From Candidatus Shapirobacteria bacterium (lineage in GTDB: Bacteria; Patescibacteriota; Microgenomatia; UBA12405): a stretch of DNA of 64,000 nt. The notes beneath the pieces were generated by a model that searched no databases, was not told where the DNA came from, and saw only the letters and a program-made list of their open reading frames with translations. Made by a program: the position numbers and the translations under genes. The stretch's first letter is position 1. Every line of letters begins with the position of its first letter. Positions 1 through 9,292 of the stretch are shown here, one piece after another. Where the stretch lies: the NCBI GenBank assembly GCA_041665485.1, contig JBAYIT010000002.1:5867-69866 (forward strand), in the 5' to 3' direction.

Positions 1-657
1 TCCGCTATTCTTGGTCTATTTCTTTATTTTAAAAACAATCGTCCTTCACGTTATTTTTGGTTAATACTTTCTTGGTGGATCCTGCCCCTATTGGCCGATT
101 GCGCCTTTACCAAAGTTTTTACCGCCCGCTATGTTCTTTACACTCTTCCTCCACTCCTTATCCTCATTGCTCTTGGTGTTAGCCAATTTAGTCGTTATCG
201 TTTGTTTCCCTTCCTGTTATTTATAATATTGATTCCTAATATTATCTGGATTAAAAACATGTCCTTTAGGCCATTTACTGCCGTAATTCCGCCTTCCGAA
301 TCCGGTTATCTTCGCGATTGGACTTCGGGGTGGGGGATTAGAGAAGCCTCTGTCTATTTTAAATCCAGGGCCAAAGAAGCCAACATTATCGTTGGTACTG
401 AAGGTTTTTTTGGTACTCTCCCCAATGGCCTGCAAATATATACTGACCACGTTAACCAACTTACTGTTATTGGTACCGGTGTTGATATTCATCAAGTGCC
501 TCCGGAGCTGATTAATGCCAAAAATTACGGTGATGAGGTCTATCTCCTCTTTAATGCCTCCCGTCTCAAGCTCACTCCAGATGATTTTTCCAAACTTAAA
601 CTAATCCAGTCATGGATCAAACCAGACGGCGACAGTTTATTATTGCTTCAGCTGTGA
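1..657 (+). CDS. C-terminal fragment of an ArnT/PMT-like GT-C membrane glycosyltransferase paralog (5' end lies outside the window)
   Basis: The frame is open from nt 1; the ORF track starts at a TTG at 91 but no stop lies upstream. The C-terminal domain resembles those of the other ArnT-like paralogs here ('GWGIREASVYF...IIVGTEGFFG'). Confidence 0.5.
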   Translation, partial: SAILGLFLYFKNNRPSRYFWLILSWWILPLLADCAFTKVFTARYVLYTLPPLLILIALGVSQFSRYRLFPFLLFIILIPNIIWIKNMSFRPFTAVIPPSESGYLRDWTSGWGIREASVYFKSRAKEANIIVGTEGFFGTLPNGLQIYTDHVNQLTVIGTGVDIHQVPPELINAKNYGDEVYLLFNASRLKLTPDDFSKLKLIQSWIKPDGDSLLLLQL

Positions 658-673
658 TCTGCTAAACTCAACT

Positions 674-1912
674 ATGTCAAAACCTTGGTTAATTTTCTTA
701 ATTACCATCGCCCTTTTCCTCCGTTTCTTTCTTATGGCTTTTTGTTACCACCCCGATCTTGCCGGCCAAAGCCTTTCCACCTACTTTTGGGGATTTAAAA
801 ATGTTACCAATGTTTACGACCATCTTCTTTCTTTACCTCCAACTCACCCTCTTGTCAAAAACTTTGGTATTAGTGACATTTTTATTTATCCGCCCTTAAC
901 CTACTTTACTCTCGGCACCTTCGAAAAAGTTTTTGGCTTCACTGGCCTTGGTCAATTTCTCGAAACTCTTATGTCTGGTGCCAATGTTTATCAAATTAGT
1001 AATCTTAATCTCTATCTTTTTCTTCTCAAATTACCTTATTTATTTTTTGATTTGGCTGTCGTTTACCTGCTTTATCGTTACTTTGATCAACCCCAAAATA
1101 AGCGCCTTTCCGCTCTCCTTTGGCTTTTTAATCCTGTCACTCTTTACGCCACTTTTGCCATGGGTGTTTTTGATATTATTCCTGTCTTTTTTACTGTTCT
1201 TTCGCTTTACCTTCTCAAGAATAAACATCTCCTTTGGGCTTCTTTATCAATCGGCTTCGGCATTGCCTTCAAAATGTACCCTATCTTTTTACTTCCCTTT
1301 CTCATTGCTCCGGCAAAAAATCTATCTACCAAAATCAAAATTATTGTCGTCGGGTTTCTGCCTCTCATTCTTACCAACCTCCCCTATATCTTCTCTTCTG
1401 CCTATCGCTATATGGTTTTTAGCCCCAAAAGCCAAAAAATGCTTTTTATGCAATGGCCACTTTCCGGCTCTGAAGGCATTTTTCCATTTATCTTTATCCT
1501 TACCTTCCTTTATCTTCTCGCTTCGTCACTTAAATCGTTTCGGCCCATCAAGGCCTATTATTTGGCTTTTTTTCTTATTCTCTTTTCTGTCACCCACTAT
1601 CATCCTCAGTGGTTTATCTGGGGAGCCCCTTTTTTAATCATCGAATTTATTAGTCATCGTCTTCGTCATCCTTGGTTATATCTTGGTTTGTTTTTGATTT
1701 ATGTTTTTATTGTTTTTACTTTCGAAAATTCTCTTTCCATCGGCCTTTTCGCTCCACTTAATCCCAGTCTTGCCCAATTTGTCGGCACCGCTAATTTGCT
1801 TTCCCAAAAAATTAATCTCGATCAAACCAAAAGTCTTTTTCGTAGTGTTTTTGCCGGTATTTCTCTTTATCTGACCTATGTCAATCTTAAAAAAATCGAT
1901 GTTCAAAAATAA
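674..1912 (+). CDS. Polytopic integral membrane protein, candidate GT-C family glycosyltransferase (DUF2029/GT87-like topology)
   Basis: 412 aa with about 10 hydrophobic segments and an ATG start at 674. Short N-terminal loop reads 'CYHPDLAGQS'. The internal ORF 933..1637 is a same-strand shadow. Confidence 0.6.
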   Translation: MSKPWLIFLITIALFLRFFLMAFCYHPDLAGQSLSTYFWGFKNVTNVYDHLLSLPPTHPLVKNFGISDIFIYPPLTYFTLGTFEKVFGFTGLGQFLETLMSGANVYQISNLNLYLFLLKLPYLFFDLAVVYLLYRYFDQPQNKRLSALLWLFNPVTLYATFAMGVFDIIPVFFTVLSLYLLKNKHLLWASLSIGFGIAFKMYPIFLLPFLIAPAKNLSTKIKIIVVGFLPLILTNLPYIFSSAYRYMVFSPKSQKMLFMQWPLSGSEGIFPFIFILTFLYLLASSLKSFRPIKAYYLAFFLILFSVTHYHPQWFIWGAPFLIIEFISHRLRHPWLYLGLFLIYVFIVFTFENSLSIGLFAPLNPSLAQFVGTANLLSQKINLDQTKSLFRSVFAGISLYLTYVNLKKIDVQK

Positions 1913-3581
1913 ATTTTTTTTTCCTATTCTTCTCTTGCTTTTAGTCCTGCCAGCCACTAGGTTCTTTTTTCGGTCAGGAGACTATTGGAATATGCACGAT
2001 GATATGCAGGTTATTCGTCAGCTTGATTTTGAGAAATGTCTAACTGATGGCCAGATACCCTGTCGTTGGGTTCCAGATTTAGGTTATGGCTACGGCTATC
2101 CCTTGTTTAATTACTACCCCCCATTGCCCTACATTGTTGGTCAAGTCTGGCGAACTGTCGGAGCTTCGTTTACTGACACTGTCAAGTTTACCGCCCTTAC
2201 CCAAATCATTCTCGGAGCTTTTTTTATGTATCTTCTTGGCGCCTCTCTTACCAATAAATGGGGGGGCTTGATTTCCGCTCTCTTTTTTACCTATGCTCCC
2301 TATCACGCTGTCAATATTTACATTCGCGGTGCTATGAATGAAGCTTGGGCAGCCACCTTTTTCCCCCTGGTATTATATTTCATTAGGCGGGCTATCCTTG
2401 ACTCAAAAGTAAAATATTATCTCGGTATCTCCCTCTCTTTCGGTCTTATTCTTCTGTCTCACAACCCCATGGCTTTGATTTTCGCTCCCCTGGCCATTCT
2501 TTGGTCTCTTTACTGGCTTTTTATTTCCCAAAAACAATTTTTAAAAACAATTGTCTCTTTGGCCATGTCGGTTGTTCTTTCGCTTTTATTTTCTGCCTTT
2601 TACACCCTTCCTCTCTTGGTCGAAACCAAGCTTGTTCAAATTGAATCCATGTTTTCTGGCTATTACCACTATTCTGTTCACTTCGCCACTATAAAACAGC
2701 TCTTTATTAGTAATTTTTGGGGCGACGGTCCATCGGTTTGGGGCACGGAGGACAAAATGTCCTTTATGATTGGTTACCTCCATTGGATTTTGCCCATCTT
2801 TGTTTTTATTGCCTATCTTTTTAAATTTAAAAAAAGTCACAAATTTATAGACTTATTTCCTCCGGCTCTGGTTCTAATTGGTTTTTTCTCTGCTTTCATG
2901 TCTCATGAACGTTCCACTCCCTTTTGGCAAATATTTCCCGTTATTCAAAATGTTCAATTTCCTTGGCGCTTCCTCAATCTAACTACTTTTATCTTTTCCA
3001 CCAGTATTATCTTTCTTGTCAATCTTATTAAGAAGCCCATTTTCTATGTGTTGATTATTACCAGTCTTCTTATTCTTAATCTTGGTTATTTTTATCCGAT
3101 TCATTCCGGGCCGGTCACTGATTCGCAAAAGTTTAGTGGCCAAAGCTGGCGTCTTCTCATCACCGCCAGTATTTATGATTATCTCCCCAAGTCAGCTGAA
3201 ACGGCCCCCAAGTCGCCATCCGTCGGGCTTATTGATGAAATAATCCCGTCAGACATTTCCCTTACTATCAAGAACGAAAAACACGGCACCGATTGGTTCT
3301 TTGTAAACTTTAATCTCAATAGCGACGCTCAAATTATCTTTGGTCAGCTGGACTTTCCCAACTTTTTAATTCTTGACCAAGATCAACCAATTCCCCATTT
3401 TACTGAAAACAAGCTTGGTCGGATTGGAGTTAATCTTAAAGCCGGTAATCATCAGCTTTTTGCCAAGCTTCAAAATACTCCCATCCGGACTCTTGCCAAT
3501 CTACTTTCTCTTGTCTCTTGGATTAGTCTATTTATCTGTTTAATTCGCTATCTGTGGCTGAAATTAACACCTCGGAAATAA
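1878..3581 (+). CDS. Large polytopic membrane protein, GT-C-like family B (paralog of 26367..27872)
   Basis: 567 aa. After TM1 comes the conserved motif 'HDDMQVIRQLDFEKCLTDGQIPCRW...PLFNYYPPLPY', matching 'QDDMHVFRLQEFHQCLIDGQIPCRY...PIFNFYPPLSY' in the paralog. Many TM segments, then a soluble C-terminal domain. The start may instead be M8 at 1899. Confidence 0.65.
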   Translation: MSILKKSMFKNKFFFPILLLLLVLPATRFFFRSGDYWNMHDDMQVIRQLDFEKCLTDGQIPCRWVPDLGYGYGYPLFNYYPPLPYIVGQVWRTVGASFTDTVKFTALTQIILGAFFMYLLGASLTNKWGGLISALFFTYAPYHAVNIYIRGAMNEAWAATFFPLVLYFIRRAILDSKVKYYLGISLSFGLILLSHNPMALIFAPLAILWSLYWLFISQKQFLKTIVSLAMSVVLSLLFSAFYTLPLLVETKLVQIESMFSGYYHYSVHFATIKQLFISNFWGDGPSVWGTEDKMSFMIGYLHWILPIFVFIAYLFKFKKSHKFIDLFPPALVLIGFFSAFMSHERSTPFWQIFPVIQNVQFPWRFLNLTTFIFSTSIIFLVNLIKKPIFYVLIITSLLILNLGYFYPIHSGPVTDSQKFSGQSWRLLITASIYDYLPKSAETAPKSPSVGLIDEIIPSDISLTIKNEKHGTDWFFVNFNLNSDAQIIFGQLDFPNFLILDQDQPIPHFTENKLGRIGVNLKAGNHQLFAKLQNTPIRTLANLLSLVSWISLFICLIRYLWLKLTPRK

Positions 3582-5011
3582 CCCGAAAAGCTACTTCGTC
3601 AGTAATTTTTTTATCATTACGTAACTTTGGCCTCCAGGCTGTTTCTCTGGTTGGTTTTTTTATTCTCACTCTTCTCCTTGGCACCGGAGAGGTTGGTCTT
3701 TTTGCTATAGTTGCCGAATCAGTTGCAATTTTTGCCTATTTTTCAGATGTCGGTCTGGCCTCAGCCCTAATTCAACAAAAAAAACCAATTTCTCAAATTC
3801 AATTAAGAACTACTTTTTTTATCCAACAAAGTCTGGTAATTATTGCTCTTTTGATAGTTCTCTATTCTTATCCTAAATTGGCTGTCGCCAAAAATTATGG
3901 TCTGCCCGAAACTCTGATCTTAACTGCTCTCTGTTTTTCTTTTTTGACTGCCTCTCTTAAAACCATCCCTTCAGTTTTACTTGAGCGTCATCTCAATTTT
4001 AAAACCATTTCTCTGGTAGATATCGTCGAAAATGTCAGCTTTTATCTTGTCGCCGTTATTTTTGCCCTACTAGGTTTTGGGGTTTATTCATATGCTATCG
4101 CTACTGTTGTCAGAAGTGCTCTTGGTCTTTTTCTTATTTACCATTATCAGCCTTGGCCCATCGGTATCTCATTTTCTCTTCACACTGCTAAAAAACTCTT
4201 TCGTTATGGTATTCCCTTTCAATTCAATTCTCTGATCGCTATGGCCAAGGACCGGTTATCAACCATTGTTGTTGCCGGTATCTTAGGCCGAGTTGAGTTC
4301 GGCTTTCTCTCTTGGTCTCAAAAGGGTCCGAGAATTCCCCTAAGCTTCATGGATGCCGTCATGCGGGTTACTTTTCCTGCCTTCTCCCGCCTCCGCCAAC
4401 AGCCGGAGCTACTTAAACGATCTTTAGAAAAAAGTGTTTTTTTTATTGCCTATTTTGTTTTTCCTCTTATGTCGCTTTTAGTTTTAGTCGCCCCTCATTT
4501 TATTGATCTCATTCCCAAATACAACAAGTGGCAACCAGCTCTGTTGCCGATGTATCTTTTCTGCCTAAACTACAGTATCGCCGCCATTACTACTCCCATA
4601 ACTAACGCCTTTAATGCCACTGGTAAAATTTTTCTTACTTCAAAATTTATGATCATGTGGACTGTTCTCACTTGGATTTTTTATCCTCTTCTTACCGCTA
4701 AGTTTGGTTTCGTTGGCACAGCCATTGCTGCTTTGATTGTCTCTTCAAGTTCTTTTATAGTTTGGTATTTTGCCGATAAAATCTACTCCGTTAATCTCTA
4801 TCTTGTTGTTGGTCACCCTTTCATTGCTTCTGTTTTGGCTCTATCTATCGGTTTATATATTCTTGATACCTATCCCCAAAACCCATTGATGTCAATTATC
4901 ACCGGTTCGTTGATTTTTACCGCTTTTTACCTTAGTTATAGTTACCTTTTTCTCAAGTCGCATCTTCTTTGGTTTATTAATCAACTAAAAAAAAGTTTTA
5001 ATGTCACTTAA
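3554..5011 (+). CDS. wzx: Wzx-type oligosaccharide flippase (MOP superfamily, 'polysaccharide biosynthesis protein')
   Basis: 485 aa with about 12-14 TM segments. The N-terminus 'SSVIFLSLRNFGLQAVSLVGFFILTLLLGTGEVGLFAIV...' is typical of O-antigen/teichoic acid flippases. Confidence 0.65.
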   Translation: MAEINTSEITRKATSSVIFLSLRNFGLQAVSLVGFFILTLLLGTGEVGLFAIVAESVAIFAYFSDVGLASALIQQKKPISQIQLRTTFFIQQSLVIIALLIVLYSYPKLAVAKNYGLPETLILTALCFSFLTASLKTIPSVLLERHLNFKTISLVDIVENVSFYLVAVIFALLGFGVYSYAIATVVRSALGLFLIYHYQPWPIGISFSLHTAKKLFRYGIPFQFNSLIAMAKDRLSTIVVAGILGRVEFGFLSWSQKGPRIPLSFMDAVMRVTFPAFSRLRQQPELLKRSLEKSVFFIAYFVFPLMSLLVLVAPHFIDLIPKYNKWQPALLPMYLFCLNYSIAAITTPITNAFNATGKIFLTSKFMIMWTVLTWIFYPLLTAKFGFVGTAIAALIVSSSSFIVWYFADKIYSVNLYLVVGHPFIASVLALSIGLYILDTYPQNPLMSIITGSLIFTAFYLSYSYLFLKSHLLWFINQLKKSFNVT

Positions 5012-6644
5012 GCATCTATTAGTCTTAGTTGCCGGTTCCATCCTCCTTTCTGTCACCATGATTCGTAGTGGTAGTCTTTACTCTTATGGTTTTGGTTATT
5101 GGGGTCCAAACGGTCACGACGCCATCTGGCATCTGGCCGTAATTGAACAGTCGAGGCTGGCTATCCCCCCTCAAAACCCTATTTTTTCCGGGGCAGAACT
5201 TACCAATTATCACTGGGGTTACGATCTTTTTGCTAGCTTTATTAGCTCTCTCACCGCTCTTAATGTTCAAACCATTTATTTTAAAATTATTCCGTTTTTA
5301 ACTGCTTTTTTTTATGGTTTATTTGCCTATCTATTTTTTTTCGAACTTACCAGAAACAAAATTGGTGCTCTAATTTTTATTGGCCTTAACTTTTTCGCCG
5401 GCTCTTTAGGCTGGCTAATTACTCTATTCCAAAACGGATCCTTGGGTGGTGAGTCGCTTTTTTGGTCGATGCAAGGAGCCTCCACTCTCATTAACCCGCC
5501 TTTTGCCTTATCTCTGGTTTTCCTGTTTCTGGGTTTATGGCTAACACTCAAAAAGTTTAATCCGTTTTTAGTTGGAGCAATTTTTGGCTTGCTGGCTCTA
5601 ATTAAAATCTATTCCGCCATCCTCTTTGGTCTTTCTCTCTTTCTTTATCTTATTGTAGATATTAAAAACAAAACATATTATCTTAGGCTTTTTGGAGCCT
5701 TTTCACTCTTAACCATTATTGTTGCTTTATTTCTCGGTTATCTAAACTCCGGCTCCCTTGTTGTTTGGCAACCTTTTTGGTTTGTTCATTCCTTAATTGA
5801 ATCAACTGACAAATTGTATTGGCCCTCCCTTGCCTCCTACCGTCAAAGTTTATCTCAAAATTTGTCTTTAATTAAACTTCCGCTTTTCATTATTATTGAA
5901 ACTTTCCTAGCTGTAGTTTTTCTTTTGGGTAATTTTGGCACCCGAGTTTTTGGTGTATTTTCCATTAAAACAAAATTAGAAATATCTTTAATCCTCAAAA
6001 CTATCATTTTCTTATCAATTTTATTTCCTCTCTTTTTTATCCAAAAAGGCACAGCTTGGAATACTATTCAGTTTCTTTACTATGGCCTTATTTTTTCCAA
6101 TATTTATTTTGCTATCTTTTTGTCGAAACTCATTCAAACTAAGCGTTTGGCTATTTTTTCAATACTATTTTTAGTTACTGCCCTGACTTCTCTTGGAACT
6201 CTTAAAGACTATTTTGGCAATCCTCCGCCGTCGTCCTTACCCATAGCAGAGATCCAAGCTCTGTCTTTTCTGAAACACCAACCATCCGGTATTGTTTTAA
6301 GCTATCCCTATGATCCTTATCTTAAATCTGGCCTAACTACTCCCATTCCCTTGTATCTTTATGAAACTACCGCTTACGTCTCGGCTTTCTCTGGTAAGGT
6401 AAGTTTTTTGGCTGACGAGATGAACGCCGATATCTTAGGTCTTAATTGGCGTTCTCGCCGAAAAGATATCACCGACTTTTTTCTAACCAAAGATAAGTTT
6501 TTCGCCCGTGGCTTTCTTCTAAACAATCGAATTGACTATATCTATCTTCTCTCTGGCCAACATCTTCCACTTTCGTTAGTCGAGTTAGAAATTGATCAGA
6601 TTTACAACCAAAGCGGTATAACGATTTACCGTGTCAGAAGGTGA
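5001..6644 (+). CDS. Polytopic membrane protein with C-terminal soluble domain; possible Wzy-like polymerase/ligase or another GT-C
   Basis: 547 aa with more than 10 TM segments followed by a hydrophilic tail of about 150 aa. Lies directly downstream of the flippase. No diagnostic motif recognised. Confidence 0.5.
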   Translation: MSLKHLLVLVAGSILLSVTMIRSGSLYSYGFGYWGPNGHDAIWHLAVIEQSRLAIPPQNPIFSGAELTNYHWGYDLFASFISSLTALNVQTIYFKIIPFLTAFFYGLFAYLFFFELTRNKIGALIFIGLNFFAGSLGWLITLFQNGSLGGESLFWSMQGASTLINPPFALSLVFLFLGLWLTLKKFNPFLVGAIFGLLALIKIYSAILFGLSLFLYLIVDIKNKTYYLRLFGAFSLLTIIVALFLGYLNSGSLVVWQPFWFVHSLIESTDKLYWPSLASYRQSLSQNLSLIKLPLFIIIETFLAVVFLLGNFGTRVFGVFSIKTKLEISLILKTIIFLSILFPLFFIQKGTAWNTIQFLYYGLIFSNIYFAIFLSKLIQTKRLAIFSILFLVTALTSLGTLKDYFGNPPPSSLPIAEIQALSFLKHQPSGIVLSYPYDPYLKSGLTTPIPLYLYETTAYVSAFSGKVSFLADEMNADILGLNWRSRRKDITDFFLTKDKFFARGFLLNNRIDYIYLLSGQHLPLSLVELEIDQIYNQSGITIYRVRR

Positions 6645-7599
6645 TAAACTTATACTTATTATGACCAAGAACAAACCATTAATTTCTGCCGTTATTAATA
6701 TTCACAATGAAGTCAAGACACTCGAGAAATGTCTTCGCTCAATCCGTGGTTTTGCCGACGAAATAATTATTATTGATATGGAGTCAACCGATAATGGTGC
6801 AGAAATTGCCAAGAATTTTAATGCCAAGGTTATTTCTCATCGTTTTGTTAAATATGTTGAACCGGTAAGAAATTTTGCCCTTTCTAAAACTACCGGCAAA
6901 TGGGTATTGATACTTGACCCGGATGAATATCTCAACACTACCCTTAAGAAAGAACTTTTGCGTGTTACTCAAAGAAAAGACGTTGACTTTGTTCGTATCC
7001 CCAGAAAAAATTTAGTTTTCGGGCGCTGGTTACGTCATTCCAACATGTGGCCTGACTATCTTGTTCGTTTTTTTAAAAATGGCCATGTTTCCTGGAAAAA
7101 AGAGATCCATTCTCAGCCAACAACTAAAGGTAATGGTCTTAACCTTCTTGACTCTGAAAAGTTGGCTATTCGTCATCAAAACTATCCTTCCATTAATAGT
7201 TTCATTCAACGAGCTGTTCGCTATTCTTCCGTTCAGGCCGAAGAGCTTATGTCTACCGACTACAAGCTCAAGACCAGTGATTTTATTCTCAAACCAATTC
7301 AAGAGTTTAATAGTCGTTTTTTTCGTGGTGAAGGTTTTAAAGATGGGCTTCATGGCTTAATATTTTGTTTGCTTCAGGCTTTCGCGATCTGTCTCATTTA
7401 TATTCGTCTATGGGAAAAAACAGGTAGCCCAGATAAGCCACTTGCCAAAGACTCTTTCGTTTCTGCTGCCCAAGAGGCCAATTTCGAATTCAACCATTGG
7501 TTTAGCTGGTACTACATTAAGGAAAACAATCAAAATTTCTTTAAAAATTTCTTTATTCGTTTTCGTCAGTTCATTAATCGTCTTACTAAAAATCTCTAA
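6631..7599 (+). CDS. GT2 glycosyltransferase with C-terminal TM helices (ArnC/GtrB-like; candidate polyprenyl-phosphate sugar synthase)
   Basis: 'ISAVINIHNE...ADEIIIIDMESTDNG' GT-A N-terminal region and 'DPDEY' DXD motif. C-terminus has the hydrophobic segment 'LIFCLLQAFAICLIYIRLW'. The likely true start is M11 at 6661. Confidence 0.7.
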   Translation: MSEGDKLILIMTKNKPLISAVINIHNEVKTLEKCLRSIRGFADEIIIIDMESTDNGAEIAKNFNAKVISHRFVKYVEPVRNFALSKTTGKWVLILDPDEYLNTTLKKELLRVTQRKDVDFVRIPRKNLVFGRWLRHSNMWPDYLVRFFKNGHVSWKKEIHSQPTTKGNGLNLLDSEKLAIRHQNYPSINSFIQRAVRYSSVQAEELMSTDYKLKTSDFILKPIQEFNSRFFRGEGFKDGLHGLIFCLLQAFAICLIYIRLWEKTGSPDKPLAKDSFVSAAQEANFEFNHWFSWYYIKENNQNFFKNFFIRFRQFINRLTKNL

Positions 7600-7602
7600 T
7601 TA

Positions 7603-8523
7603 ATGACTAGAGTCAATATTGTTATTCTTAACTGGAACCAACTCCAATTAACCCTCGATACTATTGCTTCGGTTAAGAAAATAAGTCATAAATATTTCCA
7701 TTACCGAATTACTCTGGTTGATAACGGCTCCACCGACAACTGTCAAGCCGAACTTAATAAAGCTTTTTATGTTGACTCCCAAGTTAATCTTATTTTCCAT
7801 CGTCAAAATCTTGGCTATGTTGACGGCAATAATTCAGGTATAAAACTTGGGCTAAGTGGCAACTTCGACTATACTCTGATTCTTAACAATGATGTTCAAG
7901 TCGACCCAGATTTTCTCGACAACCTAATAAAATTTTCGGAAAGTAATCCTCAATATTCTATCCTTGGTCCTAAAATTTATTTTGCTCCCGGCCATGAGTT
8001 TCACTTATCCCGTTATCAAAAAAAAGACCTCGGCCGGGTTATTTGGTCTGCCGGCGGTCATATCGACTGGGGCAATGTTATTGGTAGTAATGTCGGAGTC
8101 GATGAAGTTGACACCGGCCAATACAATTCGATTAACGATACTGTCGATTTTATTTCCGGTTGCGCTATTTTAGTTAAAAACCAGGTTTTTCAAAAAATCG
8201 GTCTTTTTGATTCCTGCTATTTTCTTTATCTTGAAGATGCTGACTTTTGTCAAAGGGCTCTTCGCGCCGGTTTCAAAATGGCTTGTGTTCCTAATTCAAT
8301 CATTTGGCATATTAATGCCGGATCTTCCAGTAGTGGTGGTAATCTTCATCATTATTTCTTGAGCCGCAATCGTCTGGTCTTTGGTTTCCGCTACGCCAAT
8401 TTCAAAACTAAACTAGCCCTACTCCGTCAGTCTATCGCCATTCTTTTTAATCCGCCATCCTCTTGGCACCGTCGTGGAGTTATTGATTATTTTTTAAATA
8501 AACTTAACCGTGGTAGTTGGTAA
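7603..8523 (+). CDS. GT2 family glycosyltransferase
   Basis: 'VNIVILNWNQ...VDNGSTDN', then 'NNDVQVDPDF' and 'FCQRA' motifs typical of GT-A/GT2 enzymes. Confidence 0.75.
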   Translation: MTRVNIVILNWNQLQLTLDTIASVKKISHKYFHYRITLVDNGSTDNCQAELNKAFYVDSQVNLIFHRQNLGYVDGNNSGIKLGLSGNFDYTLILNNDVQVDPDFLDNLIKFSESNPQYSILGPKIYFAPGHEFHLSRYQKKDLGRVIWSAGGHIDWGNVIGSNVGVDEVDTGQYNSINDTVDFISGCAILVKNQVFQKIGLFDSCYFLYLEDADFCQRALRAGFKMACVPNSIIWHINAGSSSSGGNLHHYFLSRNRLVFGFRYANFKTKLALLRQSIAILFNPPSSWHRRGVIDYFLNKLNRGSW

Positions 8524-9292
8524 TAGTTTAAGTGTTATTATCGTTGCCGGCAATGAAGAAAAGATGATTGCCGATTGTCTTAAAAGTTGCGCTTTTGCTG
8601 ACGAAGTCATCATTTGCCACAACTCAACCGACAACACCATTAAATTGGCCAAACAAATTTATCCTAAAGTTATAATTAAAGAGAACAAACTTAACCAACA
8701 AAAATTTGATTTTGCCGTCGCTAGAAACATCGGCTTTAAAGAAGCTCGTTCATCTTGGGTTTTGTATTTAGACTGTGATGAGAGAATTACCTTGGCCCTA
8801 TCCAAAGAAATTATTAAAATAACTAAGTCCAAAGAAGTTCCCTTTACTAACTACGACATCCCCCGAGCCAATTACTTTTTGGGTCAGCGGGTTAGATATG
8901 GTGGTACTTATCCAGATTACGTTAAAAGGCTCTTCTTGAGAAGTAGTTTTTCCGGTTACGTCGGTTCACTTCATGAACAGCCTCAAATTTCTGGTCCTAG
9001 CTCTGTTTTAAAAAACGACTTAATTCATTTAACCCACCGCGATCTGACTTCAATGTTGGAGAAAAGCATAAAGTGGACTGTTATTGAAGCCGAAATGCTT
9101 CACGATTCCGGTCATCCACCGGTAGTTTGGTGGCGATTTCCTCGGATGATGTTCACTAAATTTTGGCAAAGATTTGTAAAGGAACAAATGTGGCGCGACG
9201 GTATCGTTGGTCTTATTTCCGTCATTTTTGAAGTCTTCGACACCTTTATAATTTATGCCAGATTATGGGAAATACAACAAAAAAGGAATTAA
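8510..9292 (+). CDS. GT2 glycosyltransferase with C-terminal TM helix (ArnC-like)
   Basis: 'LSVIIVAGNEEKMIADCLKSC..DEVIICHNSTDNT' and a 'DCDE' DXD motif. C-terminal hydrophobic segment 'GLISVIFEVFDTFIIYARLWE'. Confidence 0.7.
   Translation: MVVGNSLSVIIVAGNEEKMIADCLKSCAFADEVIICHNSTDNTIKLAKQIYPKVIIKENKLNQQKFDFAVARNIGFKEARSSWVLYLDCDERITLALSKEIIKITKSKEVPFTNYDIPRANYFLGQRVRYGGTYPDYVKRLFLRSSFSGYVGSLHEQPQISGPSSVLKNDLIHLTHRDLTSMLEKSIKWTVIEAEMLHDSGHPPVVWWRFPRMMFTKFWQRFVKEQMWRDGIVGLISVIFEVFDTFIIYARLWEIQQKRN

Noticed and set aside
217-495. Minus-strand 92-aa ORF antisense to the first (partial) gene
   Set aside because: It lies entirely within a plus-strand ORF that shows paralog-conserved C-terminal-domain features, so it is most likely a chance antisense ORF.
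933-1637. 234-aa ORF in another frame inside 674..1912
   Set aside because: Same-strand shadow ORF of an AT-rich membrane-protein gene. Its low-complexity Leu/Phe/Ser-rich translation has no motif, and the host ORF has coherent membrane-protein features.
2089-2110. GGTTATGGCTACGGCTAT hexamer repeat
   Set aside because: It simply encodes a 'GYGYGY' peptide in frame within 1878..3581. It is short, and there is no evidence of independent function.
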